This document shows, one piece after another, positions 1 through 51,144 of a DNA stretch of 64,000 bases. Location of the stretch: positions 186,001 to 250,000 of the forward strand of contig NIVC01000524.1 in assembly GCA_002269645.1 (NCBI GenBank), given 5' to 3'. Source of the stretch: Macrostomum lignano (lineage: Eukaryota). Each line of letters starts with the position of its first letter. Within the stretch, counting starts at the first letter, position 1. Under the pieces are notes generated by a model. That model did not search any database. It was given only the letters and a program-made list of their open reading frames with translations, and had not been told where the DNA came from. Both the position numbers and the translations under genes were made by a program.

Positions 1-1005
1 GAGATTTCCAAGGACCAGCTGGAAGCTGCCCACGTGCGGGCCCGCCTGCGCCACAACCAGACGGTGGTTGAGTCCCTTGACAAGGAGATCGCCGCCAAGA
101 ACACCGTCATCACCAAGTCCGAGCAGGACCAGTCGCGCAACAACATCGACATCGAGCGCAAGCAGGGCGAGATCGACCTGCACAACAAGCGGCTCGAGCA
201 GCTCATCGCCTCGGCTGGCGGTGTGGAGCTCGGCCCGCTTGAGATCACCATCAACTCGCTCGGCAAGTCCATCGCCGCCAAGCAGGAGGAGATCGCCGGC
301 CTGGAGCAGATGTGGCTGCGCGAACAGCACGAGCTGGTGAAGATTGTCAACGAGCGCAGCGATCTGACCGCCACCGTCAACCGGCTGAAGAAGCAGCTGA
401 TGATCCTCGGCCAAAAGAAGCTGCGCATTGAAGGCGACATCGAGCGGGAGCAGAAGGAAAAGCAGACGGTGGAGCGGTCGCTCAATCACCTGCAGACGGA
501 CATGCAGAGGTTGAACGGGCTCATTTATCGCGAGACCGATGCAGCGGAGCAGCTGCGCAAGCACAACGCCCTACTTGAGACGGACTTCGTTCGGGCGCTC
601 AAAGAGGAAGAGAAAGTCAGCCTGCAGCTGCGGGAGAAGCTGGAGCAGCTCAAGGAGGAGAAGAACCGCCTGCTGACCGCGCTGATTGACGCTGAGCAGC
701 GCATCATGCTCTGGGAGAAGAAGATCCAGCTGGCGCAGGAGACCCGGGCCGCCGTGGACTCAGACGTTGGCCAAGCGGAGATCAAAGCGATGCGCTCGGA
801 GATTCACCGCATGGAGGTCCGGCTGGGCCAGCTGATGCGCCAGCAGGAGCAGCTGATCCAGGAGATGGAAAAGTCGGTCAGCCGGCGGGACACGATCGCC
901 ACGCGTGGCGAGGCGCAGGCGCGCGCCAAGGTCAAGGTCGTCACTAAGGGCGCCATGCAGCGGGAGCTGAACGAGCTTAGAAAGAGAATTAAACAGACCA
1001 TCAAG
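1..1005 (+). CDS. CCDC40: CCDC40 (axonemal 96-nm ruler coiled-coil protein), coding exon, 5'-partial
   Basis: Frame 1 is open from base 1. The translation (GGVELGPLEITI; AEQRIMLWEKKIQLAQETRAAVDSDVGQAEIKAMRSEIHRMEVRLGQL) matches my recollection of the CCDC40 C-terminal half. Donor AAG|GTGAGC at 1006. Confidence 0.92.
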
Positions 1006-1256
1006 GTGAGCTTTTTTCACCGATCCGTGTGGGATAGTTCACTTAAAATTTACCTAAAATACCTTAGCTACGCTCGTAGATACTCGTATAAACTTTTCCG
1101 TTTTAAGTAGAATGCAATAAACGAATGAATCAGTTGAGAAAAATGCGTTGAATAGATATGAAAAGCTGTAGTTTATGCTTGAATTCTGCTTACTGCTATA
1201 AGTAGCGAGTAACGATTTTCAGCCAATTTTTTACCTTAAAAATTTGCTCTCAATAG

Positions 1257-1415
1257 ACAACCAACGAATGCGACGAGGATATTGAAGACCTGCGCCAGAA
1301 GCAGTCGCTGCTGGAGAGCGAAATCGCCGAACGTAACGAGCGCTGCAACCAGCTGCAGCAGGAGGCCGACCGCCTCAATGAGACCCTGGCCAGCCTCACC
1401 GATATGAAGCAGATG
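1257..1415 (+). CDS. CCDC40: CCDC40 penultimate coding exon (TTNECDEDIEDLRQKQ...DMKQM)
   Basis: Acceptor caatag|, 159 nt phase 0-0, donor ATG|GTGAGC; coiled-coil sequence continues the CCDC40 alignment. Confidence 0.88.
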
Positions 1416-1429
1416 GTGAGCAGATACCG

Positions 1430-1730
<301 letters not shown>

Positions 1731-1802
1731 GACCCGCAGCAAGTGAGGAGGCAAGCACAACAAACTAATAACCCCCCGCCCCCCGCGGTTCCGTGTCAAC
1801 AG

Positions 1803-2042
1803 CAAATCTTCGACCTGCAGTCGCGCCAGCAGACGGCTCGCTACTACCAGCAGGTGCGGGAGGGCAAGTACAAGCCGCTGTACAAGGACTCGGCCCGCCT
1901 GGAAGAGGAGCGCCAGCGTCAGCAGGAGCGAACCCAGGCGCTCAGTCTGGTGATCGAGCGGGTATCCAGCGAGCATCCGCAGGTGCTGCGGGCGATCGGG
2001 CCGTGCCGCAGCATGATCAACACCCGGCTTGGGTTCGCCTGA
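1803..2042 (+). CDS. CCDC40: CCDC40 terminal exon (QIFDLQSRQQTARYYQQVREGKYKPLYK...RLGFA*)
   Basis: Acceptor caacag| at 1802 (an in-frame alternative AG at 1739 is possible); VREGKYKPL resembles the CCDC40 C-terminus; TGA at 2040-2042. Confidence 0.85.
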   Translation, partial: QIFDLQSRQQTARYYQQVREGKYKPLYKDSARLEEERQRQQERTQALSLVIERVSSEHPQVLRAIGPCRSMINTRLGFA

Positions 2043-3924
2043 GTGCACCAGCTCGGAGTTTGCTATTGAGTTTCGCTTGTACGATAAAAATTTTTTCAGT
2101 GCCTGACTGTCTGAAAACTGTATACCTATAGTACCTTTCACAATTACAAATATGCTCGAAAATTTCAGACTTATGAATAATATTAAACTAACTTTTAAGT
2201 TTTAACTTTCTGAATTGAGGGTTTATATTTAACATCCTGCACCTCGCCCTAAATACAGTTTTAATTAATATTAAAAAATTCACAGACACCGTGTTAAACA
2301 AGAGAGCAGGGTTGAGAAACATCTTTTCTGATCTAATTTGTTCTCGAAATGAATTAAGACAGCTACTTCGTTACATACTACTTACATTGATAGTCAGTAG
2401 TATTGCTAGACTTGCAAGAGTAGAATGAAAACGAATCGTTAACTCGCTGCTGCGTGCTTCATTTTAAAAATCAGAAACTTCATCTCAAAGGAAATCAATG
2501 CGACCCGGAGTCAGCAAGGAGTACACGCTCACACAGGGTGTACAGCAGCCCACCTCATCGTCGGGCATGTACATGTAGACACTGTTCGCTTTGGGTTCGG
2601 CCCGATAACAACAGAGATTTGCCAATAATATTCATACCGAGCCCGTCAGGCTGCTCTTTTCGTGAAACTGCACTGGCCTAATAGATGGCAGGTGCGGTCT
2701 GGCAAGGCTTCATCGGGCTCCAGCCCAGGTGGGATGCTGCGCGCGAGACTTCCTATCCTCATCCTCCTCCTGCCCAGCCTCTACCTGCATTGCCAAAGAA
2801 ATGAGTTGATCTTCCCGCAGCCTCTTTCCGGGAGTTTTATTTCTATTCTTCAGCGCTGAGTGCGGCACAATGGCTGCTGGGACAAGTGATCGCAAAGTCA
2901 AGTCCCCCCCCCGGTCCGTGCCAGCCTCATTGTTGTTGAAGAAAGGCGCAATGCCCGGGGGTTTCAAGATTGCGCCCGCGGCTTCTAAAAAAACTCATGA
3001 TGAAGCACCGCTGCGCCTCCGCCTCCGCAAAATGCCGTCGCGTTGTCGACCGCGCCTGAGCTGCATTGCGGCCAGATCCCCCAGGCTCCGATACCCTCCC
3101 TAAACCTCCTTGAGCCTCAATTTAAAGACGGGCAACTCACCAGCAAGCCCAGCTGTGCGAGGCCGCAGCCCAGAGTTTAGGGGACTGCGCAGAGGAGGGG
3201 CTCAGGCACGCGGAAGTGCTGACGCCGTCGCCAAAAGCTCCCATCGTCCCCCTCCATCTCCCAAGCCGTCATCTATCTCGGAGCTCCGCAGCCTCCTGTC
3301 CCACCCTTCTCTCTCTCTCTCTGGGGAGGCCATTGATGCGACTTCCCCTTCTCCTCTACTGTGTCTATCCGGCTGAGCTCCAGTGACTTCTCCACCAAAA
3401 GCTCCACTGCAGCAGCACCATATACTGAATAGAATAGGGGCTGCGGAGAATGGGACAACGGGCCCCTCACCCCCAACTGGCTCGTGTGTTTCGGCCAGTC
3501 CAAACTCCACAGTATAATATACACAGCCTCCCAGCTCCATCCAGCGATTCTGAGCAACTAACCTCACTCACTCAAAGGCCAGGCCTCATCGCAGTTGCTA
3601 CCCCGCCGCCGTGTAATATAGCAACTGAGTTGCTTAGCTATAAAAAAACAGGAACTGCCAGCAAGGCATTGAAAAAGTCTTGAAAGGCCTCATTATGCGA
3701 GTATTAAACTCCTATTGTGAGCCGGAGAGCACAATGTCTCCAGCACGTGATGAGGCGCTGCTCATTTTTTTATTCATGACGCTTTTTTATTCGACTGAAA
3801 TGATTTGATGCTTTGAACTAGCAGCAGAACTTTAATGCGATTTCTGTAATTGGTTAAGTAGCAATTGTCAAACAGGCAGGACAGTGACGAAGGAATTGTA
3901 CTAAAGAAATTATTTACTCTCTAG

Positions 3925-4412
3925 ACTGACCTTGAACCATTGGCGTTGTGACTTTGAGTTATCGAAGGTGTGACCTTGAACTATTGATGGTTGACATCAA
4001 CCTATCGATGATGTGACCTTGAACTATCGATGATGTGATTTTGAACTATCGATGATATGAACTTGAACTATCGATGGTGTGACCTTGAACTATCGATGAT
4101 ATGACCTTGAACTTTCGGTGATGTGTGACCTTGAACTATCGATGATGTGATTTTGAACTATCGATGATATGACCTTGAACTATCGATGGTGTGACCTTGA
4201 ACTGTCGATGGTGTGACCTTGAACTATCGATGACGTGACCTTGAACTATCGATGATGTGACCTTGAACTATCGATGATGTGACCTTGAACTATTGATGAT
4301 GTGACCTTGAACTATCGATGACGTGACCTTGAACTATCGATGATGTGACCTTGAACTATCGATGATGTGACCTTGAACGGTCGATGATGTGACCTTGAAT
4401 TATCGATGATGT
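3925..4412. repeat. 22-bp minisatellite (GTGACCTTGAACTATCGATGAT), ~22 units
   Basis: Direct reading. Confidence 0.95.
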
Positions 4413-6223
4413 GGCCCAGAAATCCGACGTTTTAAACTTAATGCAAATTGCAATCTGGAACTTTGATTGCAAAGATTGTGAAAATTTTAAATTTTGCAGC
4501 AACCGCTGTATGCATCCATATCATTATGCATCTAGCTTAACTCAAAACTTGTCGTTTTACGAATTCTTCAGCCACGTCTGAAGTGTACTGTTTGCGTATC
4601 AAAATTATTGCATATATCATTTGTAGACGGTGGGCAAAAAGCGTTGGGAGGGAGGAGCGGTGAAAGTGGGATAGAGAATTGGGATAAGGCTGCCTCCGTT
4701 TCACTCGAATCCCCAACTGATTCTCCCTCCCCCCAGTCGCCCGCCCGCTGTCTCCCGCTGAGCACAGGAAAAAGCCCCGCTGCACAGGCTTTCAAAGCGA
4801 AGAAGAAAAGTGAGCTCGGCCTAAAAGGAGGGACAGGGGAAATGAGGGAGGGGAGAATGCAGACGCGGACCGACAGGAAGAGGGCGGCTCAGTAACTGAC
4901 GGGGCGGAGGGGTAGCGTAGCGGCCTGAGGAGCCCGCCATCTGGATATGAGTACTCTGAAGTGCGCTGCTGGAGAAGAGGGAAAGGAAGAAAGCAGTGGG
5001 ATAGGGAGAGGAACGAGGGGAGAAAAGACTCTGAGGCTACAGCAGGGAGACTTGGATGAGGTCGGTCGGCTCCTCTCTCTCTCTCTCAATTCTCTTCCCT
5101 TTGCAAAATATCCCCGCTCAAATCCGTGCTCAGCAACTGCAAGGGAGGGGAGGGGACGGTGGGCTCAGCGTTGCCTTCCACAACGCAGCCTCCTCATTCT
5201 CAGTTCATCTGCCGCGGCCTGCGTGACCATGATGAGTCAGGCTGGGAGCTCTTAATCCTCTCCGGCGGCCCAGAATTCGTCAGACCCCCCCCCAGTCTCC
5301 TCCTCAGCCGGGCTGCAGCCACCCCCAGCTCGGGTCTTCTTAAGAAGCGGCTCAGACTGCCAGCCGCCTCCAGTTGCTCATTGATTTCTTGCCAATCGCG
5401 AGAGGAGACGCTACGGATATGTAAGTACTTGAAGCCGCAGTTCTTCGGTATTTCCCTGTATCTAAGCTATTCGAAAATGACGACTAACAACAGCATAAAT
5501 TTTCGCCCGTCACCGAACCTCGTTCCTCTGGGTTGAGATTTGCTGCTCAAAGTCTCGGGCTGGGCTGAACCCTAACTTCCTTGTCAATTTTTACTTTCTT
5601 CTTAAGCAATAGTTTCGGCTTAGAAAGTAAAATTGACCAGGTGTTTGGACAGTCTGGCTGGCGATAAGATCACAACCTAAATGAATGAGGGGCGGTGGCA
5701 GTTCAGTCTAATTGGGCCAATCTGCATCTGTACTGCCCCCCCCGTTTCAATAACTGCCGCAAATATTTTAATTGCCCATTTACTGTTTTTTAAATATACT
5801 GTAGATAAAAAACTTGCCAATTGTTTTACTAATTAATTGACTGAGCCCAATTGTCATTTTGTTATTTTGTTTTATTCTATTTGCGATTTAGATTCAAATT
5901 CGTAATCTATTTACCCATAGAACTCATATAGGTTGTATAAGCAAATGAGGTAAATAAAACCGGTTCTCTATTTAGCCTAGCAGTTTAAAACAAACTTCTA
6001 GCAGTTATAATTTTAGCACAGCGCGTACCATTACAACTGTATATTTATGGATAGTGCCAAGTGCCCAGCATTTCCATAGTGTGCTTCAGCTGGTGCATAT
6101 GAACAAAGCAAAATAGACACAATTTCAAACGGGACGATAGCGGGATAGCGAGTGGATTTTTCTAGGACAAGAAAGCGAACGGCAGTCACATAACAATTTT
6201 TATTATCAGCTTAATGTGAAACT

Positions 6224-6720
6224 GTCTGTGACGGGGAGGGGTAGAGCTGGGCAAGGGTCTGTGACGGGGAGGGGTAGAGCTGGGCAAGGGTCTGTGGCGG
6301 GGAAGGGTAGAGCTGGGCAAGGGTCTGTGGCGGGGAGGGGTAGAGCTGGGGTAGGGTTTGTGACGGGGAGGGGTAGATCTGGGGAAGGGTCTGTGACGGG
6401 GTGGGGTAGAGCTGGGGAAGGGTCTGTGACGGGGAGGGGTAGATCTGGGGAAGGGTCTGTGACGGGGAGGGGTAGATCTGGGGAAGGGTCTGTGACGGGG
6501 AGGGGAAGAGCTGGGGAAGGGTCTGTGGCGGGGTGGGGTAGAGCTGGGGAAGGGTCTGTGACGGGGAGGGGTAGATCTGGGGAAGGGTCTGTGGCGGGGA
6601 GGGGTAGAGCTGGGGAAGGGTCTGTGGCGGGGAGGGGTAGAGCTGGGGAAGGGTCTGTGGCGGGGAGGGGTAGAGCTGGGGAAGGGTCTGTGGCGGGGAG
6701 GGGTGGAGCTGGGGAAGGAT
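6224..6720. repeat. 33-bp G-rich minisatellite (GGTCTGTGACGGGGAGGGGTAGAGCTGGGGAAG), ~15 units
   Basis: Direct reading; four G-runs per unit. Confidence 0.95.
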
Positions 6721-7242
6721 CTGGGGCAGATTTTGGTGATACTCGTAGTTTGTAATGGTGGTGGAGCAGAGCCAACACAGGTTGCTATCACACGGGGCAA
6801 GCTGCACTCCTTCAAGAATCCAGTGCAAGAAAAAGGAGCCGGTTATGTAGTCAGAAATCGTATAAATAAGCAAAGTAAAAAATACACAATTTCAAGACAC
6901 GCACACAAACGAGGCACTGTTATAAAAAATTAATAAAAAAGAGATCGTAAGTTTATCGATGCGCAAGCGAAACCAGTCTCAAGGATTCCAAACAAAAAAA
7001 TGCCCGAATGAGCGCAGAAATCAGGGCAGTTGCAAAAGACAAAACAATTTCTAACTGACACTGTCTTGTTGTCAGTTCAGCTTCAACTGTAGCAGCAGCG
7101 AAGGGTTTTCCATCCAGCCTACTAAAGCGGATGATGCAAGTGTAAAAGCCTGTATTGAAAGCGGCAAAGCTAATTTTCAACGCAAGAGCATCTGCGTCAG
7201 GTTGAACTCAAAGTAGTAACTGATTTTGTCCTCAGTAACGGC

Positions 7243-45867
<38,625 letters not shown>

Positions 45868-48800
45868 GGCAATGTCTCTCTTCTTTGTCTCTTTTTCTCT
45901 ATATCTGCTTTTTATAGCTGTACTTTAAGATGTGACGATGTTAGATGCTACTGTTAAGTTACAAGTCGTTCTCTTACATGTCCGCACACGCAACTCTCGA
46001 GCTACCAGAAGATGTTGTTATTTTTTTACTAATAACGTGTTTCTTTTTTCTTGACCAAAAGCAGGCAAAAGCAGAAGCAGCTGAGCTTTAAACAACAAAA
46101 GCTCTGGGTTTCCAGCGCGCGCCCTCCACCCCCCGGTGCGTTAGCAAGAGGCTATAGGTGGAGTAGCTCGGGGCTTGGCTATTGGACCCGGGGGCACCCT
46201 ATTGAAATGCCAGCACCCTCCGTGCGCACGCACAGCTTATTAGAAAAAACTTTCCTTCCGAAGGGTAAAAATGCTTTGACTGGGGTTGAAAGAATGAGAA
46301 AAATGCAAGGGGGCTCGTCTACTATAGAATATTCCAATTGAAACGCAAGTACTCGGTACCTCAGAGGACTCAAAACAGCAGGGCTGAGCACAGACTCAGA
46401 GCCAGATTGCTGGCGCGTGGCTATAAGAAGTCGGAATTCAATAAAGAAAAGAAGACTATAGGGGCCAAATAAATGTTTATGACCCCGCTCTATAATAAAG
46501 CGAGTTTCTTAGCGAGCACAGTTGGGTGAGGTAGGATAAGGTGACTCTGTTTAATGCAGCTTTGGCCAGCTCTGCCCAGACTCTGCAGTCTGCTGAAGAG
46601 TTGAGTGCTTAAAATAAAAATCAAACAGCAAGCTGCTTTATTTGGCTTCTCTCTGTCTTTGTCGTGTTGACTTGTCGTTTCGTCGTTTCTTTCGCCAGAT
46701 GAATTTTGTGGGCGGGGCGAACAGTCAAAAGTTGGGATTGACAGCTCGTAGCAGCTTGCGAGGCCTGTGATTGTCCTGCTATTGAGATTCTTCTGATGCT
46801 GGCTCTTGTAGGTTGACTGTCTGTCAGGTGCCAGTGACTCAGTGGCGACAGCTTGCGACCTCTCGGGTCAGTCGGGTCTCCTCCACCCGAACAACTTTCA
46901 ATTGGGATCTGTTAGTAGCGGCCTGTGTGCTCCTAGACGGCGCATTTTTAGCGTCCTAAAAATCCCCACTCCCAGTTAGTGCAAAACATTGTCTAGCGAA
47001 CATTGGATTTCGCTGGGAAGGCAGTTCACTATACTCTTACAGGGGAGGAGTCCCAACTCAGTCCTGCAAGTACAGGGTTGCAAATCGTAATGGAGAGAAG
47101 CAGGCGGGGAGGCGGGGAGTTCAATGTACATAGGATTCACTGCGACGTACATTGATTTGGAGGGGTTTTCCAGTCCAGCCGGTGACGCTTTTACATTCCT
47201 CGCAAAACCCCCCACCCCTCCCCAGATAGCGGCCAGACCCCAGCCCCCCGCCCTAAAACCTCCGCGCACAACCGAGATGGGGTGGTGGGCGAGGCCGACA
47301 CAGGCCGAGAGAAAGGGAGAGAGGGCTTAAGGCATCACCCTCTTACCCAGTCGTCTACCTTCCTACCGTACAATCGGTTGTTGTATAGCCTTAAATATGC
47401 CTCTGCTGCTTCAGAGCCAAAATAGGTAAAAAAAGCAACCATATATTCTTGCCTTATGCCGGTCCCGCCAACCAAATTTTTATTTTAGTCCGCCTTCCAT
47501 CGATGAGTCATCGAACATCGTCAGTCGCTACTGTCCATATTTGTTGCCGCTGCCATTGGAGGTCATTGAAAGGAAATTGTTGCCAGAACTATTTTCAGCC
47601 CCCGAGATGTGCGGGGGTTCGCTTATTTCACACAAGCTGCTGCCGCTGACAGTTTTCATGGGATGGGATTCAGGAAGGAATTAGGGAGACGCAAAAATCC
47701 CAACGACAGAATTTGCGGACAGCGCAGCAAGGGAGGTGGGATTTATTAGCGAAGGAATGCAGGGACTGGCAGTCAAAATGCGTGTCTAGACTGACAGTGC
47801 TATGTTCTGTAAACAGAAATCGCCTACTGCTATTATTTTCCCTAGCCACTGGGTGAGCGAAATTGGTGGCAGTTTTTATCATTCAATAAAAACATTCCTG
47901 ACTGGGGAATTTCGCTTCATTATAGTCATACACGTGGCGCACGGGTTTATGGTCTCTTAATTGAGGCGGCCACGCTTCTAACGGCATGATGACTAAGACT
48001 GCTGGGTCTAGCTTAAGTACGGTAATTAAGTAACAAAATTTGCTTCAGCAAAAAGCCCTCCAATTATGAGCCTTGAGACTCTTAAGTGCAGCTGGTAGAT
48101 TTTTCTCACAGCCACTGCTGTGACTGGGTTAGGCTTAAAACACCAGTTGATTGAGCTCATGCTCAAGCAGAAGACACAAATATGAAGTCAAGAAAATCTA
48201 AAATTGTTGGGTTGAGCGCGTATACGCTGGCATACCCAAAGAACGTCATTTTCTTCATTCATTTCTTCTAACTCTGGGTCCGGGCTTGACCAACTTCTCA
48301 TTTTGAATAGTCAGCTGTGGAAGAAAGTGTGACTGAAATGCTGCACATTTTAAGAATGCTATTAATTTCTAGTTGACTTCAGTTGGCTTCTGTGAAAGTT
48401 TTTGTAACGAGTTGACGTTGGGTATAGGAGTTAAGGGTGCTCACGCGAAACAATGGATCGATTTCACTCATCGTCATGATTATGACAGGTTAAATATGAA
48501 CATTAAAAACAATGCTGTAAATGAGAGAGCTTTACCTGTACTGCCAGTAGACAGAACAGCTGACGACTCCAATAGCAGAGTGGAAACAGATATCCAGAGA
48601 AGCACCGGGTGCAGTGCCAGTAAGGGCACACCAGTCGACATTCCAGTCTTCGAATAACCGAGGCTATGCAATACACAATTCCAGCGGTGCAACAGATAAC
48701 CGTCGTGAAATCTCTAGCAGCAGGTGGTCCGTCACAGATGCATATGTAGACCAGTTCTATTTGTTTCCTTTCACTGCAGCAAGTGTTCAGCAGTTTCCTA

Positions 48801-51036
48801 TGCTTCCACCAAAATTCCCTCACTCTCCCTAACTTATATAGGCAAAAAAGGTTTAGACAAAAATTATTAGGAGCCACACAGGAAGTGGCGAGGAGGGCAA
48901 CTAACGGTATAGGCCTAGCGGAGTCATGGAATAAAATCCGACAGCACTACGGTGGTTGCTGGTGCAGGCATTGGAGAGAGGGAGCAGACCGGAGGATAAG
49001 GAGGGGTAAGGTTAGCTATATAACGGGTTGGATGAAGGATGCTGCTGATGGGGCCGAGGTATTCAAGGGGCTCGGTTGGCTGGGCCGAGGGCTGCTGGAT
49101 AGCTACTAAGCTTGGCCCGTCCTATCGACTGTCTTGCGCCAGTTCCCTCCATTTTTTCGCCCACTCACTCTGCCTATATCGCTCTGTCTGTGGCAAGCGC
49201 CATTATTGTATAAGCCATTGCATCCAGGGGTGTAAATCCTCGCCACTACGTTGTTTGCTTCGTTTTTCTGCAGCACAATTCTCCACTGTCTGCTCTGTGC
49301 AGCTCTTTCAGCCGACTAATGCCTTCTTTTTCCGTATGACATTGTCGTGTGGAACTGCTTAACTGAGTTAACGTTGCCGTGATTCCTTACGGATTTGCAA
49401 CGCGGAAGTCCAAAGCGAACAACTTTATTACCATAACAACAAAAAACAGGAAGGCTGCAGTCAGACACAGCCTCCTAGTTTCTGCTTAAATCAGGAATAG
49501 CTGAAACAAATTAAACCATAGCGAATTTGATGTGTGGCCGTCTGTTACAAACGTATACGCGGTTTAAAAGCAAAAGCAAATAACCAAATGTAATTAGTCA
49601 GTGTACCACCTCGAGTCAAGTTTGTCTCCATACAAAAGTTCCGTTTTGCAATAGTAGTTTTTGGTTAAGCTACGGAGCAGCGTCTACTTATTTGAATATT
49701 GAATATAGTTACTTCCCGTTGAAGGATTTCAATGAAATTTCAGCATCCAATTCGATCGATTCAAGCTCCAGGCTCGTGCTGTATACGGCACTGTTCCTGT
49801 GTTCCTCGACTGCTCGTTTTGGACAGCCAGTGCAGAAAGAGTCGACCCCAGGTGGATGCAATTTAAAGTGTTGGTCATTTTTTACTGCTATCCGGTTGTA
49901 AAATACAGCAGAAAGTTTTTACACTGCTGTGTGACAAGAGGATTGGACTGCAGTACTGTTGGGGATATCGTATATTTGACAGTGTATGTAGTAGGCTTAT
50001 GCATTTCTACTATAGTAAGAGTTGTGGGCGATCCGATGGTAGTTTGCCAGCTGGCTGTAAACCGTGCTGGACACTTCTGGACACTGCCAAGCCGCAGTAA
50101 CTGGTCAGAGTCGGGGCTGATATTTTCTTCGGATTTTGTTTCTTGTAAAAATGCTAATCAGCACAGCTTAAGTCATAAAATCGCTGCTGTCACCCGGAAG
50201 GTACGCCAACTCACCTCAGAAGTGAAACCAGCAGGATAAACTGCTTTCCCGGAACACCTACGCACCTGCATATGCTATAGTTGGAGAGATGTCATGACAC
50301 AACTGTTAAAGAAAGCCAGTTGTGCATATGGGGAGAAAAATGAATGGGAGAAGTTATATTTCCGTATGTAGGGGCACAGGCGTACTTAAGGTGGCGAGAA
50401 ATCTAGTAGGGTGTTTATATTGGCAGCCTATAGATCTCCACCCATCCTTTGGGCCTTGCATCGCGGCAAGCTTGACTTCTAAACCAATTACTACGACCGT
50501 TTGTGCACTGTTTACAACTCGAATGCCAGGATAAATAAACCAAAGTCAGTTGGCATTGGCGACCATCAACTAGTTCATCAATATTATTCTCAGAATCCAT
50601 GAAGCTAAAGTCCTGTGCAGCGTTTTAAAAAATGATGGCTGCATCATGGAGATATGGTTTGGTTTCTTAAGGCTGTAGACACACGAAATATACGAGAGCC
50701 ATACATATAACTTGCACGCATGATTTCTTCTTTTAGAAGACTGAGAGGTATAAAATACTCGTACTTTCTTCTTAAACTTTAACCCTATTTTATCTATACG
50801 ACGTTCCGAAATCGTCATCTTTATGCAGTTTTTTTCATCTCAAAATAAAAGAAAAACAAATCAGATTCATCCCTCCGAATGAACGGCCTCTTGTACTGCA
50901 AGTACTTGCCAACTTATGAGAAACACACGAGCTCCAAATCCTTTTTAAGCATAGCTGGGAGCTTTTTATCCAATTAGTCTCCGTAAAAAGGAAATAACGT
51001 ATTGTACCTGCCCATATATACGAGTAGATGTATACG

Positions 51037-51144
51037 ATATGTGATACAGCCTAACGTATTGTACCTGCCCATATATACGAGTAGATGTATACGATATATA
51101 TCGTATATATAGGCAGGTACAATACGTTAGGCTGTATCGCATAT
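51037..51144. repeat. Inverted repeat: 44-bp arms (42/44 match), 20-nt loop, overlapping a 57-bp direct duplication
   Basis: Arms at 51037-51080 and 51101-51144. Confidence 0.9.

Noticed and set aside
2450-5560. GC-rich patches and short ORFs between the convergent genes
   Set aside because: No recognisable motif, splice chain, TIR or TSD; possibly decayed mobile DNA but not supportable.
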